From Okamejei kenojei (taxonomy: Eukaryota), in assembly GCA_035221665.1 (NCBI GenBank), contig CM069147.1, positions 25,420,001 through 25,484,000 of the forward strand: DNA of 64,000 nucleotides, written 5' to 3'. The position numbers and the translations under genes are program-made. The notes under the pieces were generated by a model. That model made no database searches. It saw only the letters and a list, made by a program, of their open reading frames with translations, and was not told the DNA's origin. Positions 49,228 through 61,760 of the stretch are shown one piece after another; position 1 is the stretch's first letter; the number at the start of each line of letters is the position of its first letter.

Positions 49228-52200
49228 GTATATTTCACTCTTACTATAGACATTCCGACCGAAACTTAATTATCAATTTATAAGTTTGCTGACCCTTTAT
49301 TTATTTTTTCCTCGTTACGCGCAATTTTCAATTAATTTGGTCATTACCTCGGTTTAACCCTAAATTTGATTTTTCTTTTCCCGACAGCTGGTGCCAATGG
49401 TCCGTTGGACGTAACACAAGTTCCAGAAGCTGTTTTGATGCGGGGTGACTCGGCAGTGCTTTACTGCATTTATCCAATCTTCTCAGACAACAGGCCGTTC
49501 AAAGTGCATTGGTGGAGAGATGGGGATAATAGATTCCTGGATGAAAGTGCAGATAAAAGAATCCAGTTTTATTTCCTGAGACGGGGAAGCGCCGTCTTAC
49601 GGCTCGGGGACGTGACAGCGAAGGACGCCGGGCTCTATTTTTGTAGCTTGACACGTACCAAAGTTGTTAACGGGTCTGGTACAAAGCTGGTAGTTTACGG
49701 TGAGTTTCGGGGAGAGGGGTAAGCCAGATCGGTTAACTTCACCAACTCAAAGCGATAAGCTCAATCACGTTGAAGAAAATGCACGTTATTCATCATCTGT
49801 GTCATTTGATATAATATGATTTGTGTGATGGGTTAGATAGTGTTTTTGACGCAATTACCAAAAAAATCCGAATAGACTGATTGAGAGACTAAATGACGCC
49901 TTCCACATCTTCTGCTTGACAGAATTATAAAACCTTTCGCGTATATTTTAGAATTGCTTCAACGCAGAGGGAATGGTGTTACTGAAACCAACGACACGCG
50001 GTACAGGTAGTTGAGATTGAAAATATGTAGGGTTCCGAATGTGGTACTGATCAAGGAGATTATTTTTTTTAATTGATTTATTTGCAGCTGCCATCTTTTT
50101 TATCTAAAGTGTAAGGAATTGCAAGTGTAAGGAATTACAGAATCATAGAATCATACAACACAACAACTGGCCCGTTCTGCCCACGTTGTCTCTGCCGATG
50201 GTGCTACTTGTATATGTTGATGCTGTTTGCCTGCATTAGGCCCATATCCTTCTATAACTCTTCTGCGCAATTACTGGTTTAACGCAATTTAAATGTTATT
50301 ATTGTACTGCACCCTCTCCGGTGGTAGATGTTCCAGGTATGCAAACCTTCCTCTTCTCCTTTACATGTTTCCCCTTTCACCTAAAAACCCTGCCACATAG
50401 TTCTTAATTCCACTATTCTGGGGAAAAGACCCCGTCTATGCTATGAGTGGCCCCGATATTTAAAACAAAAACGTTTATTAATTTACTCCTCTGCTTCCTT
50501 TCTACCATTGAGAATAAACGCAGTTTACCAAATGTCTCGTTATAAAAAGGCCCTCTATTTCAGTCAACATTCTGGTGAACCTCTTTTGCACTTGCTCAAT
50601 AGGTACGATGTTTAACCGTAGTATAAGTTTGGTCACACTTCTAATTGTCCCGGATTACTTGAAATTATATAGGTGCCGTGAAGCGAGTCAATCATTGAGG
50701 AACTCAAAATTAAAGATCTATATTGTTACATTTAGCCTGCAGAAGGGTCACGACCCGAAATGTCACCTATCCCTTTTATCCAGAGATGCCTTCTGCGCGC
50801 TGAGTTACTCCAGCTTTTAGCCAGGTTTAACCCAGCATCTACAGTTCCTTCCTACACGTTGTTGTATTAACGTGTATTCTCCGCTCACGTTCCAAGCGAT
50901 GGAAATGGCATTAAGATCATATAGATATTGAAAACGGTTTGTTTATAAATGGTGCAAATGTACTTGTAGTTTGCATCTCAACCCTACGTTTTGGGCGGCT
51001 TACGCAGACGCTGATCACTGTTTGAGCTGTAGTAAATGGAAAGGGTTGGTGACTTTTCCATGAATGAATGTCATTGATATCGTGTCAGAGGACTTAACAT
51101 ACCATCCAGATTCTTAAGGGAATGTGTTGGTCTGGGATAATTGTTCTCGAAGTAATGCAACTACTTTCTTCTGTGCTTAACGGAATTCTAAATAGCAAGC
51201 TGTTCCCTCTGGTCCAACTTTACAATATGTTTTCACACAAGGACAAACATTCTTCTGACCTTCTAACTCAAACATATTTTTGACCTCAAGTTACTGCTGA
51301 ATAAATCTTCTGCTCGATTTAGTTATTTCAACAACGATAAAGAATATATTTGTAAAATGTTGATACTCGAGCTATTATTAAGGGTTACATTGTGTACAGT
51401 TATATCACCAAATTATAATAAAAATCGTGAAGACGTTTAGAAAATTAAAGTTAATGCTTTGGCTCTTAATGTCTGTGCATGGAACAGAACGCATAATTTA
51501 CTTGCGCTGCGAGTAGAAACAGAAAGTATATGATATTTATGATGTAAGGTAACCGTTGTATAATAGACACAAACTGTAAAATCAGCGCATACAATAAAGA
51601 GGTTTAAAAGGAATTAAATTAGACGTTAGTTTATGCCACAAGGAACAATATTAGCAGTTTTAAATCGTTTTAAGTGCTTTAAATCGCTACAACTAGCCTG
51701 AAAAGGTTCAATGAAGACCATTTTCGAGGCCACAATGACATTTGATTCGTCACGAAAAGCACCGGACCGGTAACATTTAAAAATCGTTTTATTTTCCAGA
51801 CCCTCCAACTCCTCTGAGCTTGACCACCGTGCTGCCAGAGAACGCACCAGTTACTCTAATTCTCGTTTGTAAAACAGCCACGTTCTTTCCCCTTGATCTG
51901 AATATTACTTGGTACAAAAATGGGTCCGATATGAAACATGAAATGGAGCCAAACAAAACACAGACAACATCAGGACTCTACGAGGCTTGGAGTTACCTGA
52001 CGGAGACCGAACATGTGCAGAGCGGGACAGTTTATACCTGCCAGGTATCTCATATTTCTCTTCCAAATCCAACCAATATCAGCTACACTGTCTACAGCCG
52101 AGGTAAGAACAACGATACGTTTTCGGTATAATTTGGCCACTTAGAACCCTGATTACCTCATAAACAGGCGCAGATAATAAAGAACAATATTGTTCGTTTA

Positions 52201-55200
52201 GCACATATAGGACCGTTGACATTTTGTATAGCACAATAATGGGCAATGATAGGACAAACTTTCATATTTGTGTGTGTCTCGTGAAAGTTCATAGAAACTT
52301 TTCCATCTTGCATTATGGCTAGGGTTAAACCACATACGAAGCACCTGATCATCACGAGCGAAACAAACGAATACCTAAAATTTACTGCAAGGAGTTTCAG
52401 GTCTGAAACTGGCATTCGATTGTTTATGAAAGTACATTATGGTTCCAAAACTCCACGCTATGGTAAGATCAGAAGAACAGGAATTATTGGACTTATATGT
52501 TCTGAGAGACAGGGTCTGCATGCATTTGGGGAGCCGTGGATTGATCATGGAGAGTCAAATTTTAGTTGTGCGTGGAAATTCGCGTCTTACGAAATTGAGT
52601 AAGGGGGTTGAAGCGGTGACCATAGGCATTGATCAGGAATTGCGATGCTATGCCTATTTAGACTTCAGCGAGTAATTTGATAAGGTATTGGTTGACAAAT
52701 CTGAATGGTTGGTTCGCATTGGATCCAGGGAATTGGATACCAAAATTGTCTTGAGGCAGATGGTGGTGGTAGAGGATTAATTTTATGGCTAAAGGTCTCG
52801 GATGAGTAGTATGCCACAGGGATCGGTGTTGGGTGCACTGTCTGTTTTTTTTATACTAACGATTTGGATGTGCATGCAAGCATAGTTTGCGGGTAGCACA
52901 AATAAATTGGGGTTTGGTGGACTGTGAAGTAGTTTATCAAAAATCACAACTGCATCTTGGTCAAGTCGGCCAAATCGGCTGAGGACTGACAATTGCAGTG
53001 TTGGAGGCAGATACGGTAGCGGCGTATAAGAAGGTTTTCGACAGGCGCATGGAAGTGCGGGGAATAGACGGATATAGATCATTTACAGGCAGATGAAATC
53101 AGTTTAACTTCGCATCGTGATGTGCACAAACATTGCGGGCCGAATGTAAGCCAGTGTTACACTGTTGTATGTTTTATGTTCAGCCTCCTCTACGCTAACG
53201 CAAAAAGACCTAGCAAATCCAACCCCCACCCAATAACTGAAACCATTTTGACCAGATTATATCCTCGTAATCGCCTTTGCACTGTAAATGCAGTGTTGAT
53301 TTTTCGTAAAACTAAATAGGACAGACATAAAATATACGGCAAAGCCATGGTGGGTGGCGTTGCCAGAGAGCATGAACAGTGAAGCCTAGGTATAGATGAA
53401 CAGGTATTTGGTTCCTAGAATCATAGAATCATAGAAAATAGGTGCAGGAGTAGGCCATTCGGCCCTTCGAGCCTGCACCGTCATTCAATATGATCATGGT
53501 TGATCAGCCAACTCAGTATCCTGTAGCTGACTTCTCTCCATACCCCCTGATCCCTTTAGCCACAAGGGCCACATCTAGCTCCCTCTTAAATATAGCCAAT
53601 GAACTGGCCTCAACTACCTTCTGTGGCAGAGAATTCCACAGACTCACCGCTCTCTGTGTGAAAAAAGATCTTCTCATCTCAGTCCTAAAATACTTCCCCC
53701 TTATCCTTAAACTGTGACCCCTTGTTCTGGAGTTCCCCAACATCGGGAACAATCTTCCTGCATCTAGCCTGTCCAACCCCTTAAGAATTTTATAAGCCTC
53801 TATAAGATTCCCCCCCTCAATCTCGTAAATTCGACAACAGCAACAGCGACAACAGCTAAATTCCAGCGAGTACAAGCCGAGTCTATCCAGTCTTTCTTCA
53901 TATGGAAGTCGATAGTTGTGACGAAGAAGGTTTACAGAACATTTGTCTTCATCAGTCGGTATATCGAGTGCATGAAACACACTACAAGTGTACTAAACGT
54001 GAATAATCTACATTTGTGTACACTTCTTGTCACCCTGCCGTGGAAGGGTATAAACAGTACAAAGGCGATTACGAGGATATAATCAGATCAGAATGTTTTT
54101 AGTGATAGGGTGAGGGTTGGATTGGCTGGGCCTTGTTTCCCTTGTGTAGAGGAGGCTGAACATAAAACATACAAAGTACAATGACCGCACCTATGCATCA
54201 TAAAGATATTAAGATCAACCTCATGTTTCTAAAAGCTTCTTAAATATCACTATTGTACCTTTGTATCTTTGTATCTTTCTACACTACCACGTCTATCAGC
54301 ACGCTTCAGACACCGACCACGCTCTGTGCTATGCACTTGCTCGGCATATCTCATTTAAACTTTGCCCCTCCAACGTAAACCCACGTCCTCTAGTTTTTAA
54401 CCTTTACACCATGAGAAAAGGGATCTGACTGGTAGTGCCACAATTACACGTACTTCCATCCGGAATCCATTCAGCCTCCATCGTTCGGGGGGCGACAACC
54501 TCTGTTCTAACCTCTCCTTATGACCATTACCCTCTAATCCAGAGAGCATCGTGGTTAAATGCAGCAATGTGGCGCAGCTGGCAGAGGTGCGGCATCATAA
54601 CGCTGGAAACCCTGATTCAATCCTGACCTCGGGTGCTGTTTGCATGGAGGTTGCACTTTCTCCCAATGAGCGCGTGGGCTTCGTTCCGGTGCAGCGGTTT
54701 CCTCCGACATTCCAAAGATGTACAGGTGTATAGATTAATTGGTCTCTGTAAAACTTTCAACAATGTGTAGAGAATGTATGAGAAAATGTGATAATATAGA
54801 ATGTGTAACCAAGTGATCGTTGGTCACCCTTCATACGTTGGTCCGAGTGCATCTAATAACATTAGCAGTCTTCCTGGGTGTCCGTAACTTCGCCCATTTT
54901 GGTGTCGTCTGCAAACATAATCACCAACTCATTTACAATTACATCTACGTCATTCATATAGAAATCACAGACATTGATCCCTGTGGAACTCCAATTGTCA
55001 CAGAACTCCTGCCACAATAACACCTTTCTATCCGAACCCTCTGTCTTCTATGAATAAGCCAGTTCTGAATCCATACGACCAACTAGGACCATCTCACCCT
55101 GAATCCCATGCATCCTAGTTTTCTCGATCAGTCTGACTTGCCTTGGACGTGCTGACCGTCCGTAATTAATCCACTTTCTACCAAATGGCAAGAAAATCTA

Positions 55201-58200
55201 TCCCGAATTATTATCTTCAATAACTTCCCTTTCACTGACGTGAGGCTCATCAACTGTCATTCCTTTGCGTAATTGAAGCAAAACACAGGCATTTAGCGGA
55301 CAGTAGCCAGCCTGTTTCAGTGACAGCGCTCCTGTCAGCACATCTTCAGCACGCGCACCAAAATAATATTATCCCCAAACCAGCCTTGTCTATTTCGCAA
55401 AGCCGTCTACTGTGGAGTTACTAGTTTACCACTCAACGAATTTCGAACATAGCTTAGTGCATGGCCAATAATTATTGATTAGCTAAGGCAATTACGACAA
55501 GAAAATTGATCGTATAATAATTTGAAGAGCTGGCTTTGTCTGGCAGGTTCCGCACCTGGGGAGTCATGAATACCGTCAAATGAATTCAGGTTATATTTTA
55601 GAAATCTCCGTTTTAACGCGGACGGTTCATGTATCAGGATCACACACTTGCTAAAGTTATTGTCGCCCGTCCGCGTAGGAGCAAGACATAAATGCTAGCA
55701 ATGAGAGGAACACATTGACATAGAAGTCCTACGAACAATAAACCGATGTAAAATGCTTCTTCCATCATGAATGATTGATTTACAATCTTCTTCAGCTGGA
55801 GATGTCAAACAGGACGATTCACCTCGGCATACGAACGCATGTTCGCTTGTGCAAAAGTCACACTTTCTGCATATGGCCTCACCTATCATGCAAATATACT
55901 CCTGCCATATTACGTTAGCTTCGCCCGGCATGTGATTTACTCTTCCCTCAATATGTTTCTCCAGATTTGGACTGGACTTATTCTCCTTTGCACTCAGCAC
56001 CCAGTGAGATTCTTTAAACTTCACAAGGGATTTACTCATTCCTGTCTCACGATTTCTAAACCTGTCGAGGCAGGGGAAGACAACATTCCACAAAGTACTT
56101 TTGCATGTTTTTCATTTATTTACCATTATTCTTGAACTTTATGCTCTCCATAAATTACTTTTTGCACTGGGGCCTTATCTTTCGCTTGCAGATTTCACAC
56201 GACCGGTTATAATTGACATTTGTCAAATGAATTGCGTTACATAATTCCAGGTTCACTTACTTTAGTTGTTCGAATTCAATTTCCAATGAATTCCAATTTA
56301 CTTCCTTGCTAAAAGTAGGCAGCGTCCCCCCATGATTAAACAAATCTACCAGATGGTTTCGATGTAATTGAATTAGAGACATTTGAAAATTTCGTCATGG
56401 TTACATGATCTGCCAGTATCACCATTGAAGTAAAATAACTGCATTAGAAAACCTACGCCACGATTTCGGTAAATATATTGAGGGCATGCTGTTTCATGCC
56501 CGAATAAGGACCATTGGCTGTACATTAGAGACATTTGTACATAACGGAGAAAGTCTAATTATACAATTAATTCCCGTGTGTCTATATATTGGACAAATGT
56601 TTTTTTGATGATGTAACAAGACAATTTGATGAATAATTGATGTAGATGACGTTAATAAGAAGTTTTGGGAAAAGGATTCGACAAAGCTTCAAACAAAATT
56701 TTGGTTATTAAAGTTGTCGCTCATAGGAATAAAGCAAGCAACTAATAAATAAACGAGCTTTCAGGAAGGCATACGAAGGAAAGTGATGGAGAGAGTAATC
56801 AAGAAAAACCGGGGCATTGGACGTTACTCTTCGATTATCCGTGTTCGAAAGGATGGATGTAATAAGGTCCACTAAGTAATCAGTTCACGGTTCTTACAAA
56901 ACTTACAATCAAAGATAAAAGCTGACCGATGTGTGTTGTCATTTGATGCATTTGAAATAAGATCAGGAGACAGGACGGAAATTGCTATGTGCGCATCCTT
57001 TCAATAAAGACGCGCGGTATGCCGTTCCAAATCATTGCATATTTTATGCAATTTAATAGTACTGCTGATAGGTTGTTATTAATGAATTACCTCGAATAAC
57101 AATATTCTGTGTTTGGAGGGGATAATGCGAAGCTGCCGCAATGCCTAACCCCTCCAGGTCGTTCATTGATATTCTGCAGGAAAGACGCATTGTCGACTGT
57201 GCATTTTGACTGTATCGATTTTCAATAGACAATAGGTGCAGGTGTAGACCGTTCGGCCCTTCGATCCAGCACCGCCATTCAATGTGATCATGGCTGATCA
57301 TCCCCAATCAGTACCCCGTTCTTGCCTTCTCCCCACATCCCCTGACTCCGCTATCTTTAAGAGCCCTATCTAGCTCTCTCTTGAAAGTATCCAGAGAACC
57401 GGCCGCCACCGAGGCAGATGGTCACCGTGCCACCCTGAACACAGAGAACATCAATCCACCTTTGGAAGTGAACTACGAAGTCATGCACATCAATATAATG
57501 AAGGGCTCCAAAAGACCGATTTTCTATCGGCACCTTGGATTTAAAAATAAACAAAATATAGGATTATGTATTTCTGTGTTGTACGATACCTCGTTTGTAA
57601 CTGCTCAGTCACAGCGAGCGAAATCTACCTTGGATTATCCTCCCACTCTCTTGAATTTAATTTAAAATATTCCTGTAGATTTGGGATCGTAATTCACAGC
57701 AAAATTCTATTTCCATAATTACATTCCCAATATTCCACGAATATTGCATCGTCAGGAACTCAGCTTTGGGCGCATTAGGGCTGTCATAAACGTAATGACG
57801 GCGGGGAACATTTTCTAGCCTCACTGTATAATCACATGATGAAGAGGAAATAAGTGTTTTTATAATTTCCCATTTCTGGATATTCCACAAGATGGCCTGT
57901 TGTACCGACACAGCTATACATCACTACATTCAATTCAATTCAAATTTAATGTCATTGCACAGATACAAGTATGGGTACAACGAAATGCAGTTTAGTGTCA
58001 ATACGTAGTGATAGCAATGTTTAGATAAATACAGATAAATAAATACAGATGTGGGAACCTATCGACGGGACTCAGAGTTCAGCAGTGCGATGGTGTTATT
58101 GTAGAAGCTACGTGTGACGCTCTGCAACATGGCTATATACACACCTCGAAATATTTAGTATTGGTTGTAAGCAAATATTTGTTTTTTTTCTGCACCTTAA

Positions 58201-58518
58201 TGATGCTTTTATTATATGTCATATGCACACAACTGGGATTGGACAGAAATGGAAAACAGCAACTGCGCTCATGGGTAATGTTCCTATCTGTTTATTTCGC
58301 GTCGAAAAGTCAAATCGATATATTTTTTTAACGACAGAATTACGCTGTTGAACTGATTACCTGTCCTATTATATAATGTTGTACATACGTTAAAACTGAC
58401 CGCTATTTTTTTTAATTATTTACAGTTTTTGTTAATCCACTTCACAACACGATTTTAGGTTGCATAAGAGCAGGATTGATACTGATCATATTCGTTATTT
58501 TCATTGTGATATATAAAG
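49176..58518 (+). CDS. Gene B: type I membrane IgSF receptor (leader-VJ-C1-TM with Arg), NKp30/SIRP-beta-like predicted activating receptor; last exon unresolved
   Basis: Exons 49176-49227, 49388-49699, 51800-52102 and 58426-58518 join in frame through phase-1 GT-AG introns. V and C1 are clearly paralogous to gene A. Confidence 0.85.
49388..49699 (+). CDS. Gene B exon 2, Ig V-set domain with J-like GSGTKLVV
   Basis: LYC...VHW...DAGLYFC...NGSGTKLVVY; acceptor cttttcccgacag, donor G|gtgagt; 312 nt. Confidence 0.93.
51800..52102 (+). CDS. Gene B exon 3, Ig C1-set domain
   Basis: LVCKTATFFPLDLNITWYK...GLYEAWSYL...YTCQVSHISL; acceptor ttattttccag, donor G|gtaaga; 303 nt. Confidence 0.93.
53420..53906 (-). 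mobile_element. CR1 LINE 3' end in gene B intron 3
   Basis: ORF 53513-53980 encodes the CR1 C-terminus; a short acagc-type repeat is inserted near 53830-53856. Confidence 0.85.
58426..58518 (+). CDS. Gene B exon 4, transmembrane segment with arginine (ILGCIRAGLILIIFVIFIVIYK)
   Basis: Strong acceptor ttttaattatttacag, donor G|gtaaga; 93 nt, phase 1-1; not in the ORF track. Confidence 0.82.
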
Positions 58519-59226
58519 GTAAGACTCCGAAGCTATTTGATTTCTAGATTGTTGTAAAATTAACCAATCGGAATTCAGCAATACTTTAGTTTAGTTTAGA
58601 GATACAGCGCGGAAACAAGCCCTTCGGCTCACCGAGTCGGCGCCGAACAGCGATCCCCGCAACCTACACACACTAAGGACAATTTATAATTATATCAAGC
58701 CAATTAACCTACAAACCTGTATACTGGAGAATATACTGGAGGAAATAATGTTTGCGAGTTTTATTGGATCGGCCACAACGCGGTTAGCTGATCTATAAAT
58801 ACGCCCGCCGCATCTCACTAGATGCATGGTTTCTCGGAAGTTAACCTTTGAGCTAGTCACCGATTTGTACATGAAGGATTGATGCTTGGTGTTGTGGGCC
58901 AGGTTGTGGAATAAGGGGTGGAGTCTGAGAAAATGGGTCGGTGATGCAAAAACTCATTTTGCAATTGATTCTGCTTCGATTCGACAACTTGAAGAGGACT
59001 CATATTCTGTAGAGTTTTAACTATTGATATCGTGATATTAGTTTCACTGCATACATGTATACAAACACAAAAGTAATCAGAAAAATATAACGTTTTATAT
59101 GCAGCTAGATGTACTGGCTACTACGCTTTGTCTAGGCCAATAGTGATTTCCCCCCCTCTAAATTACCTCCCTACAGGGACGTGCCGAACATCGAAAGAAA
59201 GTACCGATCAGAAAACGACGGCAAGA

Positions 59227-59263
59227 CGAATGAATGAATGAATGAATGAATGAATGAATGAAT
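59227..59263. repeat. (GAAT)n microsatellite
   Basis: About nine tandem GAAT units, read directly. Confidence 0.95.
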
Positions 59264-61369
59264 AGACATGTGTAATACTGCAGACACATTCGAACGACAC
59301 TCGGACTTTCTCCCAATAATTACGTTCGTTTGGCTTCCAAATGTTACTGCAAGTCAAATTCCGTGGAGAAATTAGAACAAAATAGATTTCCTCGGCAAAC
59401 ATAACTGGTGTAGGTTCATGTATGTACTTGATGATACTTATGGAAGCACTGAGGTAGGAACGAAGAATTTAGAGAAGAGATAGGCCATATGATCCTTCGA
59501 ATATGCTTGGTCGTTCAGTATGAATATGACTGAACTTGCAAATGCAATGTCCTGCTCCTGTTTTCTCCCAATGTCCCTTGATCCCAGATATTTGTTTCCT
59601 GCTGTAGGTCTCTATCATGTTATAACAATATGTACTCCATTGTTAATGTATTTAATGATTTGGATTCGAGTGATTTATGATATAGAGAAATAAGTATATA
59701 TTCTCAACTCCTAGAGAAGAACGCGGGCCTCACTACAGTCTGAAGTGATTTTCCCTTATTCTTTGATAATGATCCCTGGTACTAATTTCCCCATCAATCG
59801 GGAACACACTTACTCAATCATATGTTTCTTAGACCGTGGATGATAGCCGTTTCACAAATTGACGTTTACTTTAACCGGTCGTTTTGCCCCATTCTATTAT
59901 TAACTCCCTTTGCTGAATTGCTTCCAAAGCTAGTTTGTTAAGTTATACTTTGGTGGAGCCTTTTGGGTCCTCGAGATTTATTGGTGCCAGTCACCTTCGT
60001 TCCACAGACACCGTTTATCCACTCGTATTGGTTTCACTTAGTACCTCCCCTCGACTAGACAAAGTGTTTCTCACATAGATCCAAGGCCTATTTTAAATCC
60101 CCCATTCAAGCTAATGAAAAGGCATATTCAATTGTCCTGCTATTTATTTGTTTTATTAATTTGTAATTCACATTCTGTATACATTTTACCGTTCCTGACT
60201 GTAGGTACTTAAAATTTCCATCACCTATCTTCCCTCTTCACACACAAGCACACACTCACATACACACACTTATACATAGACGCTTTTGCAGTCAGTGGTT
60301 AAATATCCATAAGCTTCATCTTATATTCTACATCCACACTTCTAACCACCCTTAACCTCGTAGCTGAAGCCTTAAGTTCTCATAATCTCCAACTTTGCTA
60401 CGTTTTCCAGCCATATTTTATTACTGCTCTGTGGATGTCTTTGGGCTATATTGTAGACTTCCAATCTACTAGCGGAATAGAGAGGAACTGATATAGCTGT
60501 AAATAGAGCACTAAGTAGTGAAACTTCCAGATTATGTTCCAAACTTCCAGACGATGTCCTTGTTTTTTTTTAATCTAATTTTCCCATTGTTTCATAGCCA
60601 GTATTTTAAGTAGTATAAATCATGGAGTATAACCAAAATAATGAGATGAAGCAAAAATAAATAAACCTGTTTTTACAAAGAAAACCATCAGATATGTCCC
60701 TGTGTTCCTGCCTTTTTTGTGTGACATTTTTCAAGCAGGATACCATCAGGCTAATTTATACCAGAAAGATTATATTAATTTTGCAGTTAAATGTCAAATA
60801 CCGTTAATGCTGATGATTTTTTTTAATCATTTATCACCCGATAAGATGATTTTCTGATGCCCCAAGTGTTTGCAACAGAACGTGAGTAGCAGTGTCAATT
60901 TGGTCACGTGTTAAATGTGTTATTTAAAAGCAGATTCACTGTTTATATACATATATATATAATTGTTTAAAATCTAGTTTGCTCAAATCTAAAATAAAAA
61001 TCTAGTTTGCTCAAATATTTTAGCGATGTTTAATTCTGTATGTCCCCCCCCCCCCCCCCCCCCCCCGGTTGAGTAACGTCGTGAATACTATATATTGCGC
61101 TATTACGGGGGGGGGGGGTTGTATTCGTCGCGTTTTTTTTATTCAAATTTAATTCAACGTGATTATAATGACTCTGGCGTAAACTACGGTTCTCGTGGTG
61201 GGTTAGGTGCCGACATTTTGTAAGGGAGATTCAAAATCAGTAAGTGGCCCAAATGTCTTTTATGCTTTAAGTGTTTAAAGTATTAAATGTTGGTAAACGT
61301 TTGGTCGATTTTGATCAAAAGGATCATAGGTATGCCCATTTTAATCCTGTGATATTTCATTATGAATCC

Positions 61370-61760
61370 CATTGAAACCTACGAAATAGTGAAAGGCCTG
61401 GGTAAAATGAACGTGGAGAGGTTGGTGCCACTTATAGTCTAGGACTAGAGACCATAGCCTCAGAATAAAAGGAGGTACCTTTAGAAAAGAGATGAGGAGG
61501 CATTTCGTCACTCAGGAGGTGGTGAATCTGTGGAATTCATTGTCGTGGAAGCCAAGTCAATTGATGTTTTAAGGCGGTGAGTGACGGATTATTAGTTACC
61601 TTCCACAGGTTCACTCTCAGATGAGGAAGATGAACCATGGATGTTGTATATATGGATCTCAGTAATGCCTTGAATACGTTTCCTCGTGGTTGGCTGATCC
61701 AGCAGATCGTGGCACATTTGATCCATGGAGATTTGATAGATTGGCTTCACAATTGGCAAT
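61370..61760 (+). mobile_element. Two degenerate CR1 fragments
   Basis: FRKEMRRHFVTQEVVNLWNSL and MDVVYMDLS-like remnants. Confidence 0.65.

Noticed and set aside
25224-52102. Reading the V and C1 exons as a rearranging TCR or Ig light-chain locus
   Set aside because: The J-like strand is inside each V exon, no J segments or RSS were noticed, and the genes have their own TM and ITIM exons.
55796-55935. Plus-strand frame containing IYSCHI, resembling an Ig F strand
   Set aside because: No B-strand Cys or Trp at correct spacing, too short, ends in a stop.
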